This document shows, in pieces, positions 53,632 to 63,702 of a DNA stretch of 64,000 nt. A model generated the notes under the pieces. That model searched no databases and was not told the origin of the DNA. It worked only from the letters and a program-made list of their open reading frames with translations. Position 1 is the stretch's first letter. Each line of letters opens with the position of its first letter. A program made the translations under genes and the position numbers. This DNA comes from a virus: the IMG/VR virus record IMGVR_UViG_3300037067_012225, positions 3,127-67,126 of that record. The stretch is one strand, 5' to 3'.

Positions 53632-54888
53632 ATGAGCAGTTACGATATTGAAGCAATCAGGGCTCAAGTCAGAGCCAAGATGAAGAAGAGCAGAGACCCA
53701 ACCGAATTTCGTGCACCGAAAGTCGATGAGGGTAAGACAGTCAAGTATAAATTTTACATCTTACCGCCGCTGCAAGAAGGTGATGCTTGCTGCGAAGGCA
53801 AATCCATTTGCGAAAGATCGATGGACCTGTTTGCTATTTCGAACGGTGCCCATTACATCGACAACAAGCGAATCGGTTGCCCACGGATCATCAATGAAGA
53901 AGACTGCCCGATCTGCGAATATGCATTTGATCTGCTTGCCGAGATCGACGGCACGACTGTCGAGGGCAAGAAGAGGCGCAGCGAGATTGGCAAGGCTCTG
54001 CTCCCAGGCCAATACCACCTTGTGAATCTCTACTTTCCGAAGACTGACATCAATCCGGAAGAGGTCAGAGACAAGGTTTTCTGGTTCAATGCCCCGAAGA
54101 CTATCGTCGACATTTGGCTGGAATGCCTCTATCGCGATGACGATGGCGGCGATCCGGACGACAAGTTAGCATTTGGCGTCTTCTTCGACGAGTTCAACGC
54201 CAACTTGTTCCAGCTGGAAGTCGTCAAAGACGGCCAGATGAACAGCTACAAGAAGTCGAAGTTTGTCGGTGCAAAGCGACCGATCATCGTCGACAAAACC
54301 GGCAAGAAGATCGATTCGCGGATTGCTGAGATTCTTGCCAAGAGACACAATCTCTGGGAGAAAATGCCGGAAGTGAATCCTGAAGAATGTGCTCGTGTTG
54401 CCGCTGCTCTCAGTGGTCGTGCCGCTGCAAAGGCTGCGCCTTCTGGTGGATTCGACCACGACGAAGACGCCACTGCGTCAGAAGAAGCACAAGAGTCGGC
54501 CCCAGTTACGAAGCCTGTTGTCAAGCCCGCTGTCAAGCCCGCTGCCGCCGCCAAACCGGCTATCCCCGCTGCTGCTGCCAAACCGGCTGCCGCCACTGCG
54601 AAGCCTGCCGCTGCCAAGCTCGCTGCTGCTGCCAAACCGGCTGCTGTCAAGTCCGCCATCAAGCCCGCCACTAAACCGGCTCCAAAGGAAGAAGTGGTTG
54701 AAGAGGCGGTCGAGGAAGCAATTGAAGAAGAAGCGGTCGAAGAAGCGGCTGAGGATCTGTCTGGCGAAATACCAGCAGAAGAGGAAACGGTTGAAGAAAC
54801 CGCTGAAGAGGCCGCTGAAGAAGTTGCCGAGGCAGGTGATGATGTTGATGGTGAAGTTGACCGCCTGCTTGATGAATTGAATAGCTAG
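53632..54888 (+). CDS. gp32-like single-stranded DNA-binding protein
   Basis: Motifs FYILPP, CPICE and NSYKKSKF, with an acidic C-terminal tail. Strong AGGAG RBS. Confidence 0.8.
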   Translation: MSSYDIEAIRAQVRAKMKKSRDPTEFRAPKVDEGKTVKYKFYILPPLQEGDACCEGKSICERSMDLFAISNGAHYIDNKRIGCPRIINEEDCPICEYAFDLLAEIDGTTVEGKKRRSEIGKALLPGQYHLVNLYFPKTDINPEEVRDKVFWFNAPKTIVDIWLECLYRDDDGGDPDDKLAFGVFFDEFNANLFQLEVVKDGQMNSYKKSKFVGAKRPIIVDKTGKKIDSRIAEILAKRHNLWEKMPEVNPEECARVAAALSGRAAAKAAPSGGFDHDEDATASEEAQESAPVTKPVVKPAVKPAAAAKPAIPAAAAKPAAATAKPAAAKLAAAAKPAAVKSAIKPATKPAPKEEVVEEAVEEAIEEEAVEEAAEDLSGEIPAEEETVEETAEEAAEEVAEAGDDVDGEVDRLLDELNS

Positions 54889-54908
54889 GCCGACTAGGGC
54901 GGAACGTG

Positions 54909-54937
54909 CACAGGGCGGGTGAATCACCCGCCCTGTG
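54909..54937. terminator. Perfect GC-rich inverted repeat (terminator or processing stem)
   Basis: CACAGGGCGGGTGA-A-TCACCCGCCCTGTG just after the SSB stop. The U-tract is weak. Confidence 0.65.
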
Positions 54938-54958
54938 TCTTATCACGACATGAGGATT

Positions 54959-55870
54959 ATGATGGATGAAACGAGCGAACCAACTCAGAAATGCACACTA
55001 TTGGTCGATGCTAGGAATCTGATGTATCGTGCTATTTTCGCTGGCAGAAAACCACAAGCCAAGTTTCAACATCAGCATCCATTCACAATAATGTTGCGTT
55101 TCATGGTCGGCTGGATCGACCGCTTCAAGCCGCAGAGCGTGAATATTTTCTGGGACGCCAAAAGATCGACATTATGGCGGATGAAGATTTTTGAGGGCTA
55201 TAAGGATAAGCCAGATAAGTATACTATAGACATCAAGGATGAATTAATTAGTACGCAACTTGCTGCGAAAGCTATGTTTGGCCACATGGGGTGTAGGCAA
55301 TTCAGCAAAGCCAATATGGAAGCTGATGATTTAATCTATGCTGCCTGCAAGGTTTTGGCACCAACCCCAACAATTATCTGCTCTGCTGACAGCGACTATA
55401 ATCAGATAGTATTTCGTATGTCGCACGTTCGCTGTTTTGATCCAATGAAGGAATGTTTCATCCAACAAGTCAACTACGATCCAGTTGTCCAAAAAGCACT
55501 TTGTGGTGATACGTCTGATAGGATTAATGGTTATGTAGGAATTGGCCCAGTCAAGAGCACGGCGATGGCCAAATCGAGCAAAGACAGAGCAGCATTCCTA
55601 GCAGAAGCAGGGATACAATTATTCGTCAGAAATATGCTGCTCATAGATTTGTCATTATGTCCTGACTTGTTGAAGAATCAATTATATGTTCAACGTGTGC
55701 TCGACACAGAACCTACTTTCAGTAAGAGTGAATTATTCGATCTGGCTCGTAAATACAAAGTCGGTGGCTTTGTCACTGAATATAATGGATTGGCTGCTAG
55801 GTTTAAGCAGCTTGTCGCTCAGCCAGAGGTAAGTGATGGCCAGAACAGCAAGCCAGGTGGGAAAGTCTAA
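54959..55870 (+). CDS. 5'-3' exonuclease / FEN (T4 RNase H-like)
   Basis: Motifs LLVDARNLMYR, YK, EADDLI, SADSDY and GDTSDRINGYVGIGP. Confidence 0.9.
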   Translation: MMDETSEPTQKCTLLVDARNLMYRAIFAGRKPQAKFQHQHPFTIMLRFMVGWIDRFKPQSVNIFWDAKRSTLWRMKIFEGYKDKPDKYTIDIKDELISTQLAAKAMFGHMGCRQFSKANMEADDLIYAACKVLAPTPTIICSADSDYNQIVFRMSHVRCFDPMKECFIQQVNYDPVVQKALCGDTSDRINGYVGIGPVKSTAMAKSSKDRAAFLAEAGIQLFVRNMLLIDLSLCPDLLKNQLYVQRVLDTEPTFSKSELFDLARKYKVGGFVTEYNGLAARFKQLVAQPEVSDGQNSKPGGKV

Positions 55871-56537
55871 CGTCTCTACAGCTAAAAACCACGAACGTAG
55901 AGTAGCTAAGTTATTATCTGAATGGTCTGGGAGAGAATTTCGAAGGCGTAGGGTTGAAGGCAGAGAATCTGATACAGTACTGCGTGATCTGACCGGCGAC
56001 GTGGTTCCGGCTGACGCAAAGAATAGGTGCCGATTCAACCTAGAAGCTAAAAAGGGTAAGGGATTTAGCTTCAATTCTATCTTAAGCGGCTTCACAACTT
56101 GCAAATTCTCTGAATGGTATCACCAATCAACCTTTGACGCCATTCTGGTGTCTAAGGCTCTCCAGATGCCAATAATGCCAATGGTATTCTTCAAGCCGCA
56201 CCCCAACTTCGACTGGGTTGCTTTCAGTGTCGGGGCCTTAGACTTCTTAAGGCCGAAAGATTCGAACGAAAAACAAGAACGTTTATGGTTTCCGCATTTA
56301 TTCTTCGACCATTACGGGTATTGCGGAGAGATCTCATTCAACATTAGCCACACCAAAAATAGGAAGAATGTGGTGATTGTTCCATTGCAATTGTCGCCGT
56401 GTTTGATTTGCACATGGAATGATTTTGCCGCAAACGTCAATCCAGACTCATTCTTCTTTGGTGAATCATGGCATGTGGTGGATGTGGCAACCGAAAGCCG
56501 GTTAGAGTTGCAAGGACAAGCAAGCCTGCAATCATAA
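55836..56537 (+). CDS. PD-(D/E)xK nuclease, Holliday junction resolvase-like
   Basis: Motifs ERRVAKLL, GDV and LEAKK. Confidence 0.65.
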   Translation: MARTASQVGKSNVSTAKNHERRVAKLLSEWSGREFRRRRVEGRESDTVLRDLTGDVVPADAKNRCRFNLEAKKGKGFSFNSILSGFTTCKFSEWYHQSTFDAILVSKALQMPIMPMVFFKPHPNFDWVAFSVGALDFLRPKDSNEKQERLWFPHLFFDHYGYCGEISFNISHTKNRKNVVIVPLQLSPCLICTWNDFAANVNPDSFFFGESWHVVDVATESRLELQGQASLQS

Positions 56538-56626
56538 AATTACCAACTGATACCCCGAGGTCAACACCACAAATACATCAACAAGCACACGTTCAACGCA
56601 TCGGCGTCAGAAAGGCAAGGCAATAA
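56468..56626 (+). CDS. 52-aa basic peptide starting MACGGCG (absent from the ORF track)
   Basis: Its TAA overlaps the ATG of 56626. The N-terminus resembles that of the next gene. Confidence 0.55.
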   Translation: MACGGCGNRKPVRVARTSKPAIIKLPTDTPRSTPQIHQQAHVQRIGVRKARQ

Positions 56627-56919
56627 TGGGATGTGGTGCATGTGGTGGTGGATCTGCAGCAAGGGTGATGCAAAAGAGAGCGGTCGGAACACAACCAAGA
56701 GCAAAACCAGCTCCTGCGCCAATTTCGACTCCAAGAATGCGTCCAGCGTCGACTACGCGGATCGTAGTTGCAACACCGAGTCAATCGATTAAAGTCAAGC
56801 AGCAATTGAGAGATTTGAAGACATGCCCGTTATGTGGATCGACTTTATCGCCAATATTATCGGGTAGTGGCGTTCGCAATCGTAAGCGATGCTCACGTTG
56901 TAATCGAACATTCATATGA
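56626..56919 (+). CDS. Basic Cys-rich protein (MGCGACGG... plus a C-terminal zinc ribbon)
   Basis: CPLCG...CSRC. Confidence 0.6.
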   Translation: MGCGACGGGSAARVMQKRAVGTQPRAKPAPAPISTPRMRPASTTRIVVATPSQSIKVKQQLRDLKTCPLCGSTLSPILSGSGVRNRKRCSRCNRTFI

Positions 56920-57548
56920 CAGAATCTGCTAGGAAATTATATGACAAAAGAAAAGCATCTAGACTATGCATTGCTTGCGGTAAGAACAAAGCCAGAAAAG
57001 GTAAGGTTAAATGTAAAGGCTGTGCAGAACAACATCAATCTGCTAGATTAGTCAGATGTCGTCAAGCCAAGCAAGCTGGTCTTTGCACTAAATGTCATAA
57101 AGCTAAAGCTGTAGGTGGTGGATCTAGATGCGAGAAATGTCGTTCCCAATTATGCGATATTATTAAACGACGTAGCAGGAGATCAAAAGAAAAAGGCATC
57201 TGCACTAATTGTAACAGCAATAAAGCAATGCTTGGTAGAACAAAATGTGAGAAATGTGCAGTCTACCATATGGCTTGGCTTGCTGGTACGACCTATGAAA
57301 TTGTTATGGAAATTTGGAACAAACAGAAAGGAATCTGTGTATATACTGGAGCCCAACTTATTCTTGGACGTGGTGCTAGCATAGACCATAAGACTCCAAA
57401 GAGTAGGGGTGGTAGCGATGAAGCTTCTAATCTGCAATGGATAAGTGACGCAGCAAATAGAGCAAAATTGACAATGACTGACCAGGAGTATCGCGATTTT
57501 ATCAAGTTGAATTACTTACATCAACGCAGAACTGACGCTGTATTATAA
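56916..57548 (+). CDS. HNH endonuclease with three N-terminal Cys4 repeats
   Basis: Three copies of CxxCxxxKAxxGxxxCxxC, then SIDHKTPKSRGG...NLQW...N. Confidence 0.85.
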   Translation: MTESARKLYDKRKASRLCIACGKNKARKGKVKCKGCAEQHQSARLVRCRQAKQAGLCTKCHKAKAVGGGSRCEKCRSQLCDIIKRRSRRSKEKGICTNCNSNKAMLGRTKCEKCAVYHMAWLAGTTYEIVMEIWNKQKGICVYTGAQLILGRGASIDHKTPKSRGGSDEASNLQWISDAANRAKLTMTDQEYRDFIKLNYLHQRRTDAVL

Positions 57549-57563
57549 ATTGAGAGGGACAAA

Positions 57564-58109
57564 ATGAGCGATATCTTCTCAATAATTGGTTCTTGGTTGG
57601 TATGTGCTATCGCTGCTGAACGTGCAGCCGAAGCAATAACGGTTTCTGTTGTTTTTGCTCCTCTACGCCAAATGCTAGCAAAACTCGCTTTAATACAGCT
57701 CTATCATAAGACAAACCCTGATGATACCTGGATGTCTAGCGAGAATACGGTTTATAGGGGATGGATATTTAGCTTGATTAAAATGGTCGGGAGATGGTCT
57801 TCCGACCTTGTTTCCTGTGGTTGGTGCACTAGCTTCTGGACATCGGCATTCTTCTCAATTTTCTTGCCAGGTGGGTATATAGTGTGCGATGCTGGTGATA
57901 ACATCGTCGTGAAAGCGATAGCACTTTGGGGACTCGCAAACCTTTACCACGCAATCTTTAGATTAATACACAATGGCCGTGTCGCTGCTGTTGACGTGAA
58001 TCTTCGTTTGATCGGTCCTGAGATAGATAATTCTGGAGGTACTAATGGAGAATTTGGAGAGGGAGCTAGCCAGGAGGACTCAATCGGAGTTGAACCGCCA
58101 GAGGTTTGA
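57564..58109 (+). CDS. Membrane protein, DUF1360-like
   Basis: Hydrophobic segments and LVSCGWCTSFW. Confidence 0.55.
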   Translation: MSDIFSIIGSWLVCAIAAERAAEAITVSVVFAPLRQMLAKLALIQLYHKTNPDDTWMSSENTVYRGWIFSLIKMVGRWSSDLVSCGWCTSFWTSAFFSIFLPGGYIVCDAGDNIVVKAIALWGLANLYHAIFRLIHNGRVAAVDVNLRLIGPEIDNSGGTNGEFGEGASQEDSIGVEPPEV

Positions 58110-58569
58110 ACCACCGGTTATCCGAACGGCCTCCGATATAAAGCGTGTTCTAGCGCAATTAGAGCCAAATTCTCGCCTTAACGTCAAGACGGATGACGTC
58201 ACTCTAGCTACTAACATGATCGGTACTGATGCGAACAATCGTAGTCAGACATATCACGTATCGGCTAAGACGAAGACGAGTTCTGCACGCGATGTCTTGA
58301 TTGAAGGTTTAAATGTCGTCAAGCAGCGTGAGGAAACTGCGCAAGCGATTCGCGACAGAAGAGCGGTGGTGGCCGTTAATGGGAAAGAGATGAAGTCGCC
58401 ACCAGTTATCGCTGAGAATAGTTTCTCGTCGGTAGACCCAGTAATAAGCAGAACTCTTGGCGGATATCGTAGCGGCTATTTCATCCAGTGGGATCTGATT
58501 GATGGTTTCACTTACCGTTATGACATTTACAATCATCGGCTGACTAGGTTTAAGACTGAAGCAAAATGA
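58045..58569 (+). CDS. Hypothetical protein
   Basis: GGAGG RBS. Confidence 0.65.
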   Translation: MENLERELARRTQSELNRQRFEPPVIRTASDIKRVLAQLEPNSRLNVKTDDVTLATNMIGTDANNRSQTYHVSAKTKTSSARDVLIEGLNVVKQREETAQAIRDRRAVVAVNGKEMKSPPVIAENSFSSVDPVISRTLGGYRSGYFIQWDLIDGFTYRYDIYNHRLTRFKTEAK

Positions 58570-58874
58570 GAGAAGTAGAATTACCACCATTAGCAACCTT
58601 CAGAGCGTTATCGACGTGGACGCCACGCTATGGTGATTTCGTCATCTGGGCTGGATGGTTCAGGGTTTGGTTTGGTATCGTCAACAATTACGACTCAAAG
58701 AACGGCAAAATATCGATATTGTTTGAGGGTACGCCGCGCCTTCTATTCACGATGACGGAGAGCGAGATGCAAAAGAGTGCTTTTGTGTTCGATCTCGATG
58801 ATATCAGAAACAATAAGCGAGGACGCTGGTATATTCAGCAAACAGTCGATGGTAGTACAATCTGGTATATCTAG
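58566..58874 (+). CDS. Hypothetical protein
   Basis: ATGA coupling. Confidence 0.6.
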   Translation: MREVELPPLATFRALSTWTPRYGDFVIWAGWFRVWFGIVNNYDSKNGKISILFEGTPRLLFTMTESEMQKSAFVFDLDDIRNNKRGRWYIQQTVDGSTIWYI

Positions 58875-59439
58875 AATTATTCCGGCGATGCTACCGCACC
58901 CGGAGCCGTTGTTGGATACGAGTTTTGTATCCGGCATGTTGTGCTATGTCGTCAAGTATTATCAGAATGTCGGTATTAGTTGTCTGATATCGCGTAGTGA
59001 AGGCGATGTTGCGGTGTTGATGGGTGACTGGAATGGGCAGACCATTGATCTGTCTAACACTAAGGATTCGTTATCGCTTGTTGCTATTGATTTCCTGCAG
59101 CATCAGGCAAAGCGTCTCATAGCGATATCGCACGCTGCTTGTGTCAAACAAGCCATTTATTACTTTGCTCTAGATACCGGCATACCCGTACTGGTCGATA
59201 TTAGGTTGAGTTTGAACAAGTTTCTTGGACCCGGCATGGTCAGAGATGTGTTCGGTAAAACCTTCGACACACAGCAGGTATTGAAAATTGATGTTATGTC
59301 AGAGCAATTATTAGAACAGATAAAGAATGGAGCAGGAAGCTTCAGTAGCGGCGTCATCATTAAGCCGAGTAGAGCACGATTCATGGAAGTTAAGGGACAG
59401 CCTGTACCTCTTTACGTGGGAATACCATGCTTATCATAA
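58849..59439 (+). CDS. Hypothetical protein
   Basis: Start uncertain (58849 or 58888). Confidence 0.55.
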   Translation: MVVQSGISRIIPAMLPHPEPLLDTSFVSGMLCYVVKYYQNVGISCLISRSEGDVAVLMGDWNGQTIDLSNTKDSLSLVAIDFLQHQAKRLIAISHAACVKQAIYYFALDTGIPVLVDIRLSLNKFLGPGMVRDVFGKTFDTQQVLKIDVMSEQLLEQIKNGAGSFSSGVIIKPSRARFMEVKGQPVPLYVGIPCLS

Positions 59440-59954
59440 CTTGCGGGATGCCGGGTTCAGGTAAGTCAAAGACTATAGACATCTTAGCTAAGCATAAGAG
59501 CTATAAATGGCATATTATAAGGCCATCTGATTGGGTACCAGAGAATTTATCGGCGCTCGATGAGCAAACTCAACGAGAATACAACATCGGCTGTTGGTCA
59601 TTAGCTCTAGAAAAATGTAAAGAAGCCATTGAACAGGTACCACCGAAAGAGATCATCGTGCTAGATGCGTGCAACTCGAAAATCACAACGCTTTTGACGC
59701 TGATTACGGACGCGAAAACAGCATTGCATAGAGTTGTCTTATTGTTTGTGCAGGCTAATGCTGATTTATGCTTGACAAGAAATGCGAAGCTGAATGAGCC
59801 ATTGCTTCGCGATTATGTCGAGAGGCTTAAAACATCTCTGCCTAGATATAAGAAGTGTTGTGATATGGTTTTTGTGGTTCGCAACAATGGCAATTTCGAA
59901 CAACTTGAAACTGAATTATATGACATTTGGAAAACACTGTGCCAGAGTATCTAA
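59427..59954 (+). CDS. P-loop kinase (polynucleotide-kinase-like)
   Basis: Motifs GMPGSGKS, IVLDACN and CLTRN. Confidence 0.8.
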   Translation: MLIITCGMPGSGKSKTIDILAKHKSYKWHIIRPSDWVPENLSALDEQTQREYNIGCWSLALEKCKEAIEQVPPKEIIVLDACNSKITTLLTLITDAKTALHRVVLLFVQANADLCLTRNAKLNEPLLRDYVERLKTSLPRYKKCCDMVFVVRNNGNFEQLETELYDIWKTLCQSI

Positions 59955-61756
59955 ATCCGCACCCACACGACTTATACTTGGCTGGGCCTGATGGCAACGC
60001 TATCCATATACGCAAAGGACGTCGTGTAAGACTACCGGAGTTCTTTGATCGTTATGTCAGTAAGGATGGTGGTGTCAAGGGTTATTTGATCAATGTCGAT
60101 AAACTACCGGTAATGCCGGTAAAGAAAGAACTTAATATATCTCGACCGCAAACTAGACCAATACAACTAAATAGGGTAGTATCGAGAGATGTTAAGCGTC
60201 CAATAGTTGGCTGTATGCGGAGAAACATCGACTCTCCTTGTTCTAAAGCTTTCACAAACAGCGCTTATGCAATTAGCAACGGCATCGGTATCGGTATCCT
60301 GACTTATAATCGTCCATCGTCATTGCGGCGGCTGATTAATTCTATCTTAAAATTCACTGATACGTGCCGCACTACAATATTTATAAGTGATGATGGTAGC
60401 ACTGATATAGAGCAAATTGCTTATTTGTCAGAACTAGAATCGCGTGGTGATATTGTCGTCCTAAAGAACCAGAAGCAGCTTGGAGTTGCAGGTAATAGCA
60501 ATCGTTTAATGCGTTGCCTTTCAAGATTTCCTAAGAAAATCTTGTTGAATGATGATGTTGAGATACTTAGTACAGGATGGGAAAACTTCTACTTTGCGGC
60601 GATGTATCGCACGGAGTTCCATCATTTCTGTTACCGTCAACCTGGTGTATACGGTGCAACGAAAGGTGATAGCGTCACAGTCCATGGCACAGTTTTAAGC
60701 GTTGTTGATAGCAAGCCGCATGGTGCTGTGATGGCGTTCGATCATATCGCTTTTGCGAAAGTTGGATATTTCGACGAGCAGTTCGGCCAATATGGAGTCG
60801 AACACGTCGATTGGTCTAGTAGGCTGTCCGACAGCAAGCTACAGCAGCCTGGATTTTTTGATGTAGATGGTTCAAATGCATATTTTGTAGTATATCCGGA
60901 ACGCTCATCTGTCGAAAACAGGATTGAGAAGTTTAAGCACGCTAAAATCATTCTTAGTGCTATCAAAACTAGGCCGACGTACGTTAATGCAAGTGAAATG
61001 ACGGTAGTGCCACGAGTTTCTTGTGTCATACCATTTCGTGAAATAAATCGCAGAGGATCAATATTAACTGTGCTCGGAAATATCAGAGCACAGCGATATC
61101 CAGATATCGAAATCGTTATGACTGAAGAAGATTCAGCACCGAAGATGAAGGATATAGACTGTGCTCCAGCCAGATATGTTTTTACTACAGGACTGCCTGG
61201 TGCTGCATTCAACAAGAGTAGGGCTTGGAATTTTGGTGTTGAGGCGTGTACATCAGACTTATTGGTTCTACATGATGCTGATACTATAGCGCCGAGCAAT
61301 TATTTTCAGGCGGTAGTTCGAGAGTTAGCTGAAGCAGAATCTTGCCATCTTTGTAGGCAGATTTTCTATCTCGGCTCTCAAGCTACTCACGCCATCAACA
61401 CGACAGGAATTGTAGATTGCCCTAGATATGATTATATGGTCGATTACTTTGAGGGCGGATCGATCGCGTGTCGCCGCAAAGCGTATTGGAAGATTGGCGG
61501 TTTCGTAGAAGAATTTGTTGGATACGGCGTTGAGGACTGCGATTTCTATTTTAGACTATCAAAAGCGACTATATGGAAAGAGAACCGACATATTGATCTA
61601 TTACACCTACATCACGATAGAGTCGATAAATGGACGATGTTTCATAATAGAAATAAAGAATTAGGCGTGAGACTGGGGGCACTGTCGTTAAATGACAGGA
61701 TAACAAGACAACGACAACTATTAATACAAAGTGGTAGAGGTCGCTGTCTAGAATAG
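59927..61756 (+). CDS. Tandem two-domain GT2-like glycosyltransferase
   Basis: Domain 1: LTYNRP, SDDGS, LNDD, YGVEHVD. Domain 2: VIPFR, FNKSRAWN, HDAD, GYGVEDCD. Confidence 0.85.
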   Translation: MENTVPEYLNPHPHDLYLAGPDGNAIHIRKGRRVRLPEFFDRYVSKDGGVKGYLINVDKLPVMPVKKELNISRPQTRPIQLNRVVSRDVKRPIVGCMRRNIDSPCSKAFTNSAYAISNGIGIGILTYNRPSSLRRLINSILKFTDTCRTTIFISDDGSTDIEQIAYLSELESRGDIVVLKNQKQLGVAGNSNRLMRCLSRFPKKILLNDDVEILSTGWENFYFAAMYRTEFHHFCYRQPGVYGATKGDSVTVHGTVLSVVDSKPHGAVMAFDHIAFAKVGYFDEQFGQYGVEHVDWSSRLSDSKLQQPGFFDVDGSNAYFVVYPERSSVENRIEKFKHAKIILSAIKTRPTYVNASEMTVVPRVSCVIPFREINRRGSILTVLGNIRAQRYPDIEIVMTEEDSAPKMKDIDCAPARYVFTTGLPGAAFNKSRAWNFGVEACTSDLLVLHDADTIAPSNYFQAVVRELAEAESCHLCRQIFYLGSQATHAINTTGIVDCPRYDYMVDYFEGGSIACRRKAYWKIGGFVEEFVGYGVEDCDFYFRLSKATIWKENRHIDLLHLHHDRVDKWTMFHNRNKELGVRLGALSLNDRITRQRQLLIQSGRGRCLE

Positions 61757-61765
61757 AGGTAAATC

Positions 61766-62728
61766 ATGCGTGTTCTATTTTGTAATAGACCTGATGGTGC
61801 CTTCGGATTCATAACCGATGGCATGGTTAATGCGTTAAATGATATCGGCATAATAACAGCTAGATGGGACGGAAAACGTGAGACTTGGGATTCATTCTCT
61901 CCAGACCTATATTGTGGTGCGTCTGGGCATAGACAACCAATACCATATAGCCCGAAGTGTAAAAAAGCTATTCATGTCAATCCATCTGGACCAATCCGCG
62001 TTGAGCCTAATATTAATGAAAAGCCCGATGCAATCGATTGGGTCGTAGCACAAGAACCAACTGTTGTATATGGTTATGGGCACGAAAGCGATCGTGAATA
62101 TTGGAGCTATTGGGATCGAAAAAAACTACCGTGGGTCCCAATGGCAACTGCTGGTGATGCAACCATATTTAAGAGCACTAATGGCACTCATGACAAATGT
62201 GATATCGGCTACATCGGTGGGCGTTGGCCATATAAAGCAAAAGGGATAGATGCATATTTGCTGCCGGTCCTTCGAGATAAGACGATTTCACACATGGTGT
62301 ATGGATGGGGAAATTGGCCTGCAGACTTGCCGGTAAGAAGAATAGCAGACAAAGATGTCCCGGCATTCTTGGCAAATTGCAGAATCGTGCCGTGTATTAG
62401 TGAACCGCATACGTTAGAACATGGGATCGATTTGCCAGAGCGAGCTTTTAAGGCCGCACTAAGTGGTGCTGTTATTGTGCACGACCCAGCTAAAGGTCTT
62501 GATAGATACTTACCACACGCTATAACTGCAAGCAACCCAAAAGTGTTTCATTATGAAATCCAAGGTTTATTAAAGGATTATAGCTGGCTTCCTAAAATAG
62601 CTCAACAACAACGTGATGACGTTTTGGAGGCACATACCTATCACCATAGAATGGCGACACTGATGTCTGCAATGGGTTTTAGTGATACGGCATCTGCTTT
62701 ATTATCAGCGGTATCGAGGTTTAAATGA
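61766..62728 (+). CDS. GT-B glycosyltransferase (CgeB-like)
   Basis: Motifs DIGYIGG, YGWGNW, ERAFKA and HTYHHR. Confidence 0.75.
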   Translation: MRVLFCNRPDGAFGFITDGMVNALNDIGIITARWDGKRETWDSFSPDLYCGASGHRQPIPYSPKCKKAIHVNPSGPIRVEPNINEKPDAIDWVVAQEPTVVYGYGHESDREYWSYWDRKKLPWVPMATAGDATIFKSTNGTHDKCDIGYIGGRWPYKAKGIDAYLLPVLRDKTISHMVYGWGNWPADLPVRRIADKDVPAFLANCRIVPCISEPHTLEHGIDLPERAFKAALSGAVIVHDPAKGLDRYLPHAITASNPKVFHYEIQGLLKDYSWLPKIAQQQRDDVLEAHTYHHRMATLMSAMGFSDTASALLSAVSRFK

Positions 62729-63702
62729 TCGCGATTGATTTTTCTATGCTTAGCGACAATAGGTTGCCGCGATGTGCCTATCAACTTGCAAATTTGGCGG
62801 AAATCGCCGACCGAATGCATTTGCCGGTCAAGGTGATAGTAGCACCAGATCAATACGAGAAACATCCGATACTATGGCGCGTGAAGCATTTGTTGTCGGA
62901 TAATTACGATAATGTAAGGGTATATATCGCGAAATCAGATACTTTCTTCTTCGACGATAATTGGGAAAATATTGCAAATCTACCAGCATTTAAGGTCTGC
63001 CTATGTTCATCCGATAGGCTATTCAGAGAAAAACGGATGATGTGGCAAGGTAAACGGAGTGGGATGGGTGGGCCTGTTCAAACGCGGTGCGATTTGTTTA
63101 TGCCCGTTAATTGCTCACCGGAACTATTACGAGATTACGGCGATAAAACGATAGTTGTAGCTCATCGCCCATCAACACAGGTCTTTGATTTATTTGTAAG
63201 GAGACATCTTGATCTCGCCTATCTTGATGACGACATTCAGACGATCAGAGACGCTTTTAAATATGATGCCATCGGCCTCGCTGGTTTTATGGGTCGTGGT
63301 GGCTATGGCGAACGTGTTCATATTGAGGGGATGCCTAGCTGGGTAGATTTGGTCTTGAGAGCAGACGCTTCCCCAGCACAGTATTTGAAACATCTGCTTT
63401 CTTATAATGCATGCGTAGATCTGCGTGGTGCTGGAGATAAGAGTCTACGCTTTGTAGAGGCAGTGTTGTTTGGTAGGACAATTATAACGAAGCGGCAAGC
63501 GTCACCATATCAACCACCTCTTATCGACGGTCATAATGCAGTAGTCGTAGAAAAGTGGAGCGATCTCGATTCAAAAGTCGATTTAGGCTTATGGAAGACG
63601 ATAGCCGAGAATGCGACTAGAGACTACTTGAGTCATTGGTCGCAATTAGCGCAGTTCAAAATGATTTTGCAAAGAGCGAACTATGGCCAACATAATCCTT
63701 GA
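62725..63702 (+). CDS. GT-B-like glycosyltransferase-related protein
   Basis: LRGAGDKSLRFVEAVLFG. Confidence 0.55.
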   Translation: MIAIDFSMLSDNRLPRCAYQLANLAEIADRMHLPVKVIVAPDQYEKHPILWRVKHLLSDNYDNVRVYIAKSDTFFFDDNWENIANLPAFKVCLCSSDRLFREKRMMWQGKRSGMGGPVQTRCDLFMPVNCSPELLRDYGDKTIVVAHRPSTQVFDLFVRRHLDLAYLDDDIQTIRDAFKYDAIGLAGFMGRGGYGERVHIEGMPSWVDLVLRADASPAQYLKHLLSYNACVDLRGAGDKSLRFVEAVLFGRTIITKRQASPYQPPLIDGHNAVVVEKWSDLDSKVDLGLWKTIAENATRDYLSHWSQLAQFKMILQRANYGQHNP

